From Ascidiella aspersa (lineage: Eukaryota), in assembly GCA_963924565.1 (NCBI GenBank), contig OZ004608.1:6448001-6512000 (forward strand): DNA of 64,000 nucleotides. Direction: 5' to 3'. How positions within the stretch are numbered: the stretch's first letter is position 1; every line of letters begins with the position of its first letter. The position numbers and the translations under genes are program-made. Under the pieces are notes generated by a model, which was given only the letters and a program-made list of their open reading frames with translations, was not told where the DNA came from and did not search any database. This document shows, one piece after another, positions 51,792 through 64,000 of the stretch.

Positions 51792-53127
51792 TTTAGCCTA
51801 ATTACAAACTCGATCTTACTAATTGCATCAACTCGAAACCCTGTATAACTGCAATGAAATCTTACACTTATTAACTTTTCACCTGGACCGCAGAACCTCC
51901 AAAAAAAAAACACATAACCATGCAATAACAAACGACTTGATGTTTCGTAAAAATGCTGTTTGACAAGTATTACAAATATAATGTAAGGTTAGCTCGATTC
52001 TACATTGGACTTTATTGTGCACTCATGAATAAAAACAATCCCTTGGTCAATATAACTTCTGTGACGCAATATGGTGTCTAACAATAAACATATTCATACG
52101 TAATTGACTTCGATTTATCCTTATGCAAATTCATATAAAAAGGCGTGATTGTGAAGAAGTGATCGTGCTAAAATAGAAATCAAAAAACGTCAAACCGAAA
52201 ACCAACGTTTGAGTTTACTGGGTGAATTTTTCTATTAGCTTTGATAAAAGCCAAACAACCTCTCATCGTTTGTCTTGCATATTTGCAAATTTATCATATC
52301 ACAACTGAACGAACGCAGCTATCTACAGCAAATACACAAGGCCTTTACACTTGTCGATTTATAATTTACACATGTTTGTTGTAGAGGCTAAATAAGTGTA
52401 GTAGTTTCACGAAGAAAGGGTAAGTTTTTTTTGTTGATTTTTGAACACAACTAGAAGAATGATGCAGCCTGAAACATTGAACGTTTCAGGATATAGCCTT
52501 GGAGTGCTTAGGGGTGTGCTAATTCAATTGTTTAGATTTAGAGGACTTAAATATTCACTACGACGTGGTTGTATCTTATTTCTTATCTGAATTGTTTACT
52601 TTAACTTAACCCATAGGTATATTCCGATTTTGATAGAACGTTAGACGCTTCTTACCATACATGAGAATTTATGCCCATGGGCAAGAAATGGAAAAGGCAT
52701 TTGGCGTGGCCGTTTCCCCCCTTAAGTGTAGTTTTTTCCGGTTTTACCTACATAAATGCAAGTTTTTTGCTGAACTCAAAAATTAAAGTTGTGGCAACTT
52801 AAACGATAAGGCCTTATTTGGCTTTGCTTAAATTGATAACATCTTTATATTAATAATTTTATATTGAAAGTAATCTTTATCTAACCGAAAAAAAAAAAAA
52901 ATAAAAATAAACGAATTATGTTTCTGCTCAACGTTTAACAGATTAATTTCGTATTTCAAATATAACTAAAAGAAAAATATCGAATTATTTTGAGTTTGCA
53001 AGCTTGTGATAGGTGTAAGCAGTATAAGTTAAAGTTAGTCGATTTAATGCACATTTTATTGAAATGCGTTGTTCTGTATTTAAAGACGTTTCTAAAATAT
53101 ATAAGTGCTAATCAGAAAAAAAATGAA

Positions 53128-53654
53128 TCAGCTCTCACCGAATTTTCTCTGACAAATGTACTTTCTTTTTAAGGTGCATCGCATGTCAATCCATCTGTAG
53201 TCGAGACCACTTTCCATTGCTGCACAGTCCTGACTGAACGTCAAGTCATTGGGCTCTCCGGGAGCCCAATGTGGATGATATAATTGCGATCCATCCAACC
53301 ATTCAAAGTTTCGGTTCGTACCTATCCTCTTTAGCCCAATGTAATGAGTGCTCGGTGTGTCTAGAGTAGACATAAACTATAGGTTTTATACAGTATATTC
53401 CTTCTTGGTAGCTTAAGACAGGGTCTATACTTACCTTCCGTTTGTCGTAATTGCGTTGCTAGAAACTTTTGAATCGATTCTGATTTAACAATTGCAAGCG
53501 TTCCGTTCATTCTAACACAAGCCGAAGAAGCATCGCTAAATTTTAGGTTATTTTTGGTTTCAATGAAGTATTCCAAGTTGTCTAGACGATGCCAAACAGC
53601 AACAGAAAATTCTGCTGTCGTCAAAAGCACAAGTACACACAGAATAATGTGCAT
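53128..53654 (-). CDS. Signal peptide + CTLD cassette C3 without its own stalk/TM exons (secreted lectin, alternative 5' cassette, or truncated duplicate)
   Basis: Exons 53654-53435 and 53360-53139 are intact with EPND and WID. Read-through of the donor gives FGES*. No stalk or TM exon seen before the C2 promoter. Confidence 0.65.
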
Positions 53655-56591
53655 TTTAACCTAATTACACACTCGGTCTTACTAATTACATCAACTCGAA
53701 ATCCTGTATAACTGCAATGAAATATTACACTTAGATATTAACTTTTCACCTGGATCACAGAACCTCCAAAAACAAAACCACAGAACCATCCAACAACAAA
53801 TGACTTGATGTTTCCTGAAAGTGCAGGTTGACAAGTATTACAAAAATAACGTAAGGTTAGCTCGATTCTACATTGGACTTTATTGTGCACTCATGAATAA
53901 AAACAATCCCTTGGTCAATATAACTTCTGTGACGCAATATGGTGTCTAACAATAAACCTATTCATACGTAATTGTGTTTGTCCTTATGCAAATTAAGATA
54001 GAAAATAGTGATTGTGAAGCGCTTAGCTGTGTGTTAATTCAATTGTTTAGATTTAGAGGACTTTAATATTCACTACGACGTGGTTGTATCTTATTTCTGA
54101 TCTGAATTGTTTACTTTACTTAAACTATAGGTATATTCTGATTTTAATAGAACGTTAGACGCTTCTTACCACACATGAGAATTTATGCCCATGGGCAAGA
54201 AATGGAAAAAGCATTTGGCGTGGCCGTTTCCCCCCTTAAGTGAATTTATTCCGGTTTTACCTACATAAATGCGTTTTTTTGCTGAACTCACAAATAAAAG
54301 TTATGGCAACTTGAACGATAAGGCTTATTTGGCTTTGCTTAAATTGATAACATCTTTGTAATGATAATTTTATATTGAAAGTAATCTTTATCTAACCGAA
54401 ATAAATAAATAAACGAATTATGTTTCGTTCTTAATGTTACCTCTTTATGACGTCACTTTTTGTTGTAACTTTGTGACGTCATCTATGAAAATTTTTCCAT
54501 AGTCCGCACCTGTATACGCTAGCCACGTGCTTGTGTTTTTTGACTCACGTTTGTTAGCCTTGAAAGTTTATAAAGTTTTCGGCTACTGGTACATTTGTGT
54601 GGTTAAAACTGCTCCTACTGTAATCGTCTCTTGTTTGGTTTAGCTTCTTATGATTATAGGTAAACACTAATAAACACCTATAATTTAACCCTGATTTGTT
54701 TTACGACCTAAAATGTTTTGAATTATTTTCTACTAAAATAAAATATGTGAAAAGAGTTATTCGAAAAAATCTCAGCTGCAAAATGTTGATGAGACTCCAC
54801 TAGCAACATGACCTTTATGACTTCCTAAATATACGCGTATGCTAATATTTGCAGAAAAACGTAGAAAATAGTAAATGAAAAACACATAATTCAAAAAGCT
54901 AAGTACAGGGATGGTAAGGAAGAGAGAATATATATTTTAAAATGAAATTATTGTTTAATTAAAGGATCAAGACATAAAGTTATTGTTTTATTAAAGGATC
55001 AAACATATATGGCAAACAGTGGAAAAAAAAGTCGATATAATTTATCGCGTATCAAACTGTAAATCTTTACAAAAATTCATGTCCAATTTATCCAGATATA
55101 AGAAAAATTATTTAACGAAACTTTGTATTGAACTACAACGGTGGTTGTCTTTTTCTTCGCGATGGCCTTGTAAATGATGACGTAACCACAGATAAAAAAT
55201 TAATAATATTGATGGCTTATGTCATTGGCCAGCAACTTTTTTATCGCGGCACAAATTGCTCTTTCAAGAGCTGTTGAAGGTCCACTACGGAAAACGAATG
55301 GCGCCACAAAGTTACGTCACAAAACCTTAAATCTGTAAGTCATATTGCATGCCATGTAGTGTGAAGAGTTATTTCATTGAATAAACAAAATCCTTTCTAG
55401 CGTTTATAAGTGACACGGCCCAACATGTCAAAGTATGTCTAGCGTCGTTGGGCTTAAACGATTCAATAAAGTATAGTTTTTGGTGGATGGCGAGCAAGGT
55501 GGCCCTATGATGCAACAAAGAGCAAAAGTAAAAACACTCTTACACCATTTTTAAGTTACATTGCAGTGAATGTAATGCTATCGCGCGGCTTACAACTACA
55601 TGATAAAACTGAAATATTAAGCAATAGCTCGCTGCCCACTAAAAATTGCTTAAAGGCCCACATGTCGGCCGCGGCCCACAGTTTGCCGACCCCTCACCCA
55701 CTGGGTTGAGTCATGAGTGGACAATGTAAAGCGTTTTCTTAGCAATCAAAAATCAAAGCCGCATAGTGTTCGAACGCATCAACAAATTTGGTATTTCGAC
55801 AAGAGCCCATACTATGCAGTATAAATGTGAACACATCAAGTTAATATAGACTATAACATAGCCACGTTTACAAAAATTAGGTCGCTTAAGGTAGAGGGTT
55901 ATATTTTAAACAAAAACCCTAGGTGTATTTATGGAATCTGATAATTTTAAATGGCGTCTTAAATTGTTAGGCATCACGCTGTTACTGGGACATATGCTTT
56001 GCTACAAATGAAACACCAAGTTTTTCCTGCAGTTTCTAAACCCCAAATTGTGCGAAAGCCATAATATTTGCTGTCGGCTATCCAGGACGACACCGTTAGT
56101 CGCATATGTTTGAATTTTGACGAACATATTGGTTTTCGCTTTTTGTCAATGTATTCAACTAGCTAACAGCATACTCCTGACCTTATTTGTCGCGCGCCGA
56201 ATTTAATCACTATTGAGAAAATTAATCGATAAATCAAAAACTATTGCTAGAGTTTTGTAAGAATGAGTTGAAATGAACAAGTCAGGAAATAATATTGCTT
56301 GGAAATATTTCATTACCGCACAGTTATGTTTGCATACGAAACAAAATCGTTGCACGACTCCCTTAAAAGAATAAAAAAGACCCACCATGGCACCTTGACG
56401 CACATTTTCAGGGTCTATAAATTACATGGGAGAACACTTTTGCGCCGCTTTTAAGTTCCAAAATTGAACCGTGACCTTTTGGCCAAACTCAATACAAGAG
56501 GACAATGTTATTTCATGTCAGGCGTCACTACTGCAAAATCATGCAGCAGTGTCTATGACTATTTTATAACGTTTAAATTCCTGAGCCAATT

Positions 56592-59500
56592 TTACACTAC
56601 GTCTTGGTAAACATCGTTGCTAGGTGATTGGTGGCGATCACTTGTTTCGCAACGTTGCCCATCCTGTCTATTCTCACAGCCTCTAGTCAGACCGAATGCC
56701 ACTATTGAGCATTCAGGGAGCTCAATATATCCCGCTTCATCTTGCACGACTGGTAACCTTGGATTTGGTTGAAGGTAGCCAGTTTCATCAACGTCGTCTC
56801 TGTTCCCTAATAAAAAAACAAAACAATAAAGCTTTCTTTTATAGGTAAAGTGCAGTGTTGTAATGACTTAGGTCAATGACCTAACTTAAGTGCACTTTTT
56901 TGTCACATGTTTTGAATGGTTTAACTTGATTACTTCGTTTTGTTAAAATGACTCAAAATATTTTAGACCAATGGCTTTACTTTACCTTATGACATTAATT
57001 AAGTTTTTTGGTTTGAAATTAAGGGTTTTACTTTACCATTTAACTATAAAATTGAGCTATATACCTCGAATTTTGCTTGAAAAACCATTAGATTGCTACA
57101 TGTTAATATTTATTTTTTAAGCTCATTTATTGCTCATAACTGGACTAATTTAAAATATTTACTGGTTTATCGTTTTATGATTATTTAGTGATTAAGTCGA
57201 CTAGGAATTTTTGTCTTATTAAAATGACTTGTTTACAACACTGGTAAAGTGAAACGAAAGCTTTTGGGTAATTCTTACTTGGAACATCTATCCTCATTGA
57301 GCTTCCGGGGTTGAGTTCAAGGACGCCTGCCTCATCCCGAATGACTGGTAACATTAGATTGGGCTGAACGTAGTCAGTTTCAGCAAATTCGTTGCTATTT
57401 CCTAATTAAATATTAGGCTTTCATTATTAGGCAATCTAAAGCGAATGCTTTTGGGTAATTCTTACTTGGAACATTTATCCTCATTGAGCTTCCGGGGTTG
57501 AGTTCAATGACGCCTGCCTCATCCCGAATGACTGGTAACATTTTATTTGACTGAACGTAGTCAGTTTCAGCACATTCGTTGCTATTTTCTATTTAAATAT
57601 TAGGCTTTCATTATTAGACAATCTAAAGCGAATGCTGTTGGGCAAATGGCACCACAAACTGATAAAATGCCGATTTTAATATGTAAACGTTAATTAAGGA
57701 ATTGGAAATTTTGCAACATAAAGTCAAGAAATTAGGTCATAATGTGACGTCACAAATCTAGTCGAACCCATGTAGCAATGGGGTGGTTTTCGAAATATTC
57801 AACCAAATCGTGCTGGGGTTGTTTTCCACAAAGCTGTTAAAAAGATCAATTCAAAAAGTGCACACTAAAGTGCGTATATTTTCACAGAATCTTAAATCAG
57901 AAATCACTAAAATGGAGAAGAATAAAAAAAATCTACTGAAATTGAATTAATCAAATAAGGCAACATACCTATCTGCTCGCTTGCTCTGGATGTGTGCTCA
58001 CTCCTTCTGGTCCTTCTATAGCAAATGACATTGATCATGTATAAATTTACATTCTTATTCGGATCCTGTCAATTGAACGGTCAAATACTCATATTGAATT
58101 CAAATTTTGTAAATTTGAATTTTCATAATCTTGATTGTAACTTTATTAAACAATTCAAATGTGAAATGGTAGGATTTTTTGTGTGGTAATAACAAAGTGT
58201 TTGTAATAGCAAATTAGATTTGTTTTAAATGATTCAACTTGATTAAGTCGTTTTGTTTAAATGACTCCAAATATTTCAGACACGTGACTTTCTTTTACCT
58301 TATGACATTAATTCAGTTTACTTGGTTTGATATTAGGGTTTTATTCGACCATTTTACTATAGAATTGAGCTATTATTCTCGAATTGTGCTTGAAACACCA
58401 TTAATTAGATTGCTGCATGTCAATACTTCTTTTTTTGTGTGTTGATTTATTGCTCATAATTGGACTAATTTAAAATATTTACTGGTTTATCGTTTTATGA
58501 TTATTTAGTGATTAAGTCGACTAGGACTTTTTTGTCTTTTTAAATGACTTGTTTGCAACACAGGTAAAGTGAAACGAAAGCTTTTGGATAATTCTTACTT
58601 GGAACACTTATCCTCATTGAGCTTCCGGGGTTGAGTTCAAGGACGCCTGCCTCATCCCAAATGACTGGTAAAATTATATTGGGCTGAACGTAGACAGTTT
58701 CAGCAAATTCGTTGCTATTTCCTATTTAAATATTAGGCTTTTATTATTAGACAATCTAAAGCGAATGCTTTTGGGCAAATGGCACCACAAACTAATAAAA
58801 TGCCGATTTTAATATGTAAACTTTTATGGGTAAGGGATTGGAAATTTTGCAACATAAGGTCAAGAAATTAGGTCATAATGTGACGTCACAAATCTAGTCG
58901 AACCTATGTAGCAATGGGGTGGTTTTCGAAATATTCAACCAAATCTTGCTGGGGTTGTTTTCCACAAGGCTGTTAAAACGTTCAAATCAAAACAGTGCTC
59001 ACTAAAGTGCGTTTATTTTCACAGAATCTTAAATCAGAATTCACTAAAATGGAGAAGAAAAAAAACATCTAATGAAATAGAATCAATCAAATAAGGCAAC
59101 ATACCTATCTGCTCGCTTTCTCTGGATGTGTGTTCACTCCTTCTGGTCCTTCTATAGCAAATGACATTGATCAGGTGTAAATTAACTTTCTTATTCGGAT
59201 CAAACTAGGCTTGGTAAGTCTGTCAATTGACCGGTCAAATACTCATATTGGATTGAAATGTTGTAAATTTGAGTTCTTCATAATCTTGATTGTAACTTTT
59301 TTTAAACAATTTAATTATGAAATGGTAGGGTGTGTTGTGTTGTAATAATAAATTGTTTTGCAAAGCAGATTTATTTTGTTTAGAATAAATGCAATTATAT
59401 GATGAATCGCGTTAATCATAAAAGAAAACAATAGTTGGGGTATACCACAATATGAGGCTTCTTAGAAATTAAGAAGAATCAATTGCCTTATCTGATGATT

Positions 59501-62388
59501 TAGAACAGGGTGGCCCAACTGCAGGCCCTTGGCCCGCGAGTTACGCTTTATTGGTCCGCGAACTGATAGTCAACTTACCTTCCATCTAGCAATATCACTT
59601 TAATTGTTGTTTTTTTTGTTATTGTAATTGACAAAAAAAACAATTTAATGATCCTTTGCGAATTGTAGCACCACTAAGCAAAAGTGTATAATCTCACATG
59701 TAATGTAGCATTTATCTTATTGAGTTCACTTCATAAGCATAGGCTATGTATGAAGCAATAATCTTAAGAATCGCTATTTAAAAACATTGGCCCGCAAGAT
59801 AAAAAAAATAAAAAACAGTTTTTGGCCCGCAAGATAAAAAAATGTTTTTGGCCCGCAATGAAAAGATGTTGGACCACGCTGATTTAGAAAATTTAGAGTG
59901 ACAAAAGTTGTGATGAGGAGTAAAAATATTTTTTACTGATGCATTTACTTGTTGTTAAATTGCGGTAATAATTTGTTGGCTTAACTTGGTGGTTGTAGTA
60001 ATGGTAAAAATCACTACAATACTGCTATAGTATTGCTTGCAAGATGGGCATGGTTTTACAAAAAAATCTTATTAATAGTTACAAAATAATTGTTTTTGAT
60101 TTACAAACCATTGTAATTAAGTCAAAACTTTCATATATTTATTTAAAGGTAAAATCAAGTTTTTGTTTTAACTTCAATTGCATTATGATAGTGTGTATAG
60201 TATTTGACCTATATTTGACCTATTTGACGAGGATTGCATATGACCGGTCAAATGACAACCCTAGATCTAACCTAATATTATTTATTCGGATTATGTTTAG
60301 TTCGTTGAAAGTTATTCTTATCATGCAAGAATAATTAAACAGGACTGCTGCCAATTCAAAGTTTACTGGTTCTGATAAATTCCAATTATCCGAAACACAT
60401 AAAAATATCAACAATTTGCATGCAACTGAATTTTAAATAAGGAGGAATGGGAACGAACACAGCGTTCAAGTGTAACAATCTGGAGTTAATTTACATGTGG
60501 AACTGAAAATAAATGTAGAAATGTTGTATGTTTATAAATTGCTTTTCAATGTATTCCGCGTATTTATTTTCAGAACCTGCTTACCTATAATTTGCAGCGT
60601 TTTCAATAAACGTCGACAATTATATTTTAAATCCCTTTAAAAAATCTCGCACTCATACTTTTTATTTTTTATTTTTGAAGAGTAATGACGCAAAACACGA
60701 TTCGTAAATGTGTAACAATATGCGAGACACCGTTGGGTCGTATGGTTTTAGAAATAGCTTCTTGATTTGGCAAAACTGTATGTAGACTAAGTCTACGATT
60801 TGCATCGCTTCTGCCAATGAGCACTGCTAATTTGTACATTATGGTGCACTTTACCAACCTTATGCAAAGCACGGCAATAACAATCACTGCACAGCAAAGC
60901 AGCACAACCCCGCAAATTGATGCTGCCAGTATGGTAGTTTGGTGCTGCGCTGCCTTTCCTGCTTCCAGTGTGTTGTCAACTGTAACACAGCAAGCTAAAT
61001 TTATTATGTAGAGAGTTCATTCTAGCTACCAATGAAACTCTGCTTGCAAAATAGTCTAATTGTCCAATACCGTAGGATAATAAGGAGATATTGACTTATA
61101 CCTAAGGATGAAATGCAAAGGTACCTGTGGAATAAGTTTGAGTGACGGTGCCAATGTTTGTTGTTATATTTGTTCCAAAATCGCCTTTGTTTTGATCTTT
61201 GAACAAAAGTAATAAATTTATAGAGTTTTACGAGTAACACATTTTTAATCTTTATTGTCCCATCAACACGTAAAATACAATAAGGAGGACATTTGAGCAT
61301 TTAGTGTTTTCGGAGGACCATTGAGTTTATTTAGAAAAGAGGGCATATTATAGCCCTACCGTACTCATAAAGCATTCTATTTAATAACAACACAAACATT
61401 TCATATAATTTCCAAACTTATAAACGTTAACCGTAACTTAAATTAGTCAGTGAATAAATACTGCTGTTTGGAAAATTATAACGTTCGGGCCAAACGCTTA
61501 AAAATTGTGTTATTTAAACACTAGTAATTATTTTTGAGCAAGAGTTACATTCGCTCATATCGTAAGATTTTTGTTTTTAGTCAACACTTTGAAATCGCAT
61601 AGTATCTAAATACCGATATGGCGAATTAAGTACAACAGCAAACCTACCTGTTGAAACGAGACTAGCTGTTGGAACATCGAACGTAGTTCGATCAATCTCA
61701 CTTTTGGAGACATCAAATCCAACGTATGACGTTGAAGTTAACAAGTTTAATGATCTTTGTGTTGTTGATGACACAGCTGTGGTGGTAGTAGCTTCATCTA
61801 TGTGTTAAGTCAAATAAATAGTCAAATGAAAATACACGTTATGCCTAATTTCAGTTGATTTAAGTCGTGGCAGATTTTCTTACCAATTTTTCGTTGGCAA
61901 ATGAACCCTTCTTTTCTATTGCACTGTATATCAACCCACAGATAGTCTGGGCCATCTTCCATAGCTCCGCACTTCTCGTTGTCAAAAAAAGAGACGCTTT
62001 CCTCGCCAGGGGCCCACTTGGTATAATTTAGAAGTGTCCCATCCCACCATTTAAATTTTCCACCGGTTTTGTGTAATCCGATATAGTAAGTCTTTAGATT
62101 TCCTAAACAGCATCGAATTATTAAACAACGACATTTCGTGTAATTATAGCTGTTGTGCGTTTTTATACCTTTGGTGCTGTTAAGTTGCTTTGCTAAGAAA
62201 ACCTGAATATCGGGCGTGTCAACTTTCGCCAAAGTTCCATTCATTTTAACACAAGCATCCGAGGCTTCCTTAAAGTTAAGTCGCCTGCTTCTTTCGATAT
62301 AGTATTCAAATTTACCATGCCGCTGCCAAAGAGCTGAAGAACTTTCGGCCAACGCAAACACAGTAAGGGTATAAACATACATCTGCAT
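56592..62388 (-). CDS. Type I transmembrane C-type lectin-like receptor B3 with amplified tail exons
   Basis: Exons 62388-62169, 62102-61884, 61797-61648, 60979-60859 (TM), 59151-59105, 58721-58599, [58015-57969 extra juxtamembrane exon], 57588-57466, 57401-57279, 56806-56592 (QDEAGYIEL..DVYQDVV*). Confidence 0.8.
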
Positions 62389-63452
62389 TTTAAACAAACC
62401 ATAAACCCAACTTATAGCAATGGGAAATTTGCAATATCTAATTTACCACACAAAAGGTTCAACCAGCAGTTATTGCCCTCACAACTGATACAAAATGCCA
62501 GTTTTAATTTGAAAGGGTTTCCCGCTTCGAACAATACATGCTCCTTTTTTGACCTAAACCGCTGCGACATGCAGCGTGTCATGACGCGGAAGTTTCTATA
62601 GAGTTGAATATACAGTACGATTGGCTATGTTGAAACAAAGGCTGAATCATATAGTTTCGGCCCAAAGACAATGAAAATCGTCAGACCAGCTTCTCTTTGT
62701 CAAGACAAGGAAGCGTTTTAATCTTAAAAGAGTAAAGAAAGTGGTGTTAATAATAATGTAATGCACAGTTACTTAGCGGTCGACGATTGATTTATGGATC
62801 ATGCTAAAATAGACATATGCAATCATATCTGTCATTGGTTACTCATTGCATGCTTCATGTAGTTTGGATGTAAATATTAACAGATCACACGCCTTTTTTT
62901 ACATTGTTTTATCGTGTGTTTCTAAACTGGATCGTTTTACAACATTGTGAGAAAAACACGACTTGAACCCTTTTAGACAAATAAAATCTATACTCCTAAA
63001 ACTATTGTTGGTTTGCCAAATCAACTTTCCGGGATCTTGTTGGAACAAATGACCTACGTAGATTTGCGATATACTTTAAATTTAATTAAAATGGGGCTCC
63101 AAAAATGGCGGGCTCAATGTTGTGAAGAAATATAATGGTAACAGATTAACCTCGATTTATAATCATAAAGCAATTGTTGAAAAGCATTGTTTAGGCTAAC
63201 TTTATTTTAGTTGGGATAAAGATGGTTTTGGTTTGTTTCAAGTTATAACACTTGCATTAGTTTTGCACTAACAAAAACATTTATACTGGACATTAAAGCG
63301 AATAAATCGCGATCTGTAATGAATAAAGGGTTATTCGAAACGTTTAAAAAGCTACCCTACTTCTGTGTGGGCTTTAATATTCTTTTTACGTCTTACTACA
63401 ACCTCCAACCATTATGCTCCAAAATGCAACTCTTTTTTGTTCATTAAATTAG

Positions 63453-63593
63453 ATATTCATCGGGAACTGGGATTGGCATGGTCACAAGGTCAACAAGTTC
63501 CCTGAGCCAATTTCAGCACGCTACTTTCGACTGGTTCTGGTTGCTTTTAGTGGTGATTACCCTCGTCTCAGATTGGAATATCTCAAATGCTAA
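63453..63593 (+). pseudogene. Third copy of F5/8C terminal exon
   Basis: Near-identical to 13805-13945, in the same context upstream of a B-type gene. Confidence 0.65.
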
Positions 63594-64000
63594 AGTGAAA
63601 TGGTGTCAAAAACTAAAACGACATAAATTTTTTTTGAAATTATTTAACTTGATTATTAAACGAATTGAGCATAGCAATATGATTTAACAAAATATATAGC
63701 AAGCTTTATAAAATTGTCTTTAAGTTGATCAACTTTGTCTTTGTTTAAAAACAAATATAAATAATTGAAGATCCTTCAGTTGTTGCAATTGCTTTAGGCG
63801 CTATTGACACCCGAGTTATTAGGTTTGCAATTCACCACAAGTAAAACAATAACGTTTATTGTTAGTTTTATTGTCTAATTTTATTCATTTTGAAATATTT
63901 TTTCGTGCGGGGTCAAAGATTTTTTTTATAATAAGGCCGGGAGAACTGTTGAGATTAAATATTGCCGGCCAAAACGTTGTATTGAGCGTTATCAATAATT

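Larger units (their letters stand above)
54720..64000. repeat. Segmental duplication of about 6905-14350 (spacer + B gene + flank)
   Basis: Near-identical from about 58450 to the window end (offset about 49647); more diverged in 54720-58200. Confidence 0.85.

Noticed and set aside
58450-64000. B3 region as a mere uncollapsed haplotype of B1
   Set aside because: Not fully excluded given near-identity, but B3 has a different tail structure and last exon and different neighbours; read depth and spanning reads would decide.

Overview
AT-rich eukaryotic (animal) DNA with short GT-AG introns; compact introns and hAT-type MITEs suggest an invertebrate deuterostome such as an ascidian, but the taxon is only inferred. 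Manual splicing shows a minus-strand tandem cluster of type I transmembrane C-type lectin (CTLD) receptor genes. Seven look complete (my labels: A1 289-4185, B1 8385-12741, B2 16864-19593, C1 32556-35723, A2 38512-42725, C2 46987-51791, B3 56592-62388), plus a CTLD-only cassette (C3 53128-53654) and a degenerate remnant (D, about 22078-24443). Each has signal peptide, two-exon CTLD, stalk (Ser/Thr-rich in B and C), TM exon and a tyrosine-motif tail. The notable feature is modularity: EPN-type (A/C) or non-EPN (B) ectodomains, different stalks and TM exons are recombined with three distinct tail classes. These are a QDEAGY repeat tail (a 4-nt deletion in two genes yields QDEAGYITLNA*, nearly identical to the CLEC-2 hemITAM), an ITIM plus 3x NPLY tail, and an NPLY/YATI/PDZ-ligand tail. 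This resembles a paired activating/inhibitory innate immune or self-recognition receptor locus evolving by segmental duplication and exon shuffling. Interleaved on the plus strand are a decayed LCCL plus F5/8C gene and relics of another signal-peptide gene. There are also several hAT-like MITEs with 8-bp TSDs, a probable solo LTR and an inverted-repeat element carrying a tRNA-like cloverleaf. All gene models are hand-derived and lack transcript support.
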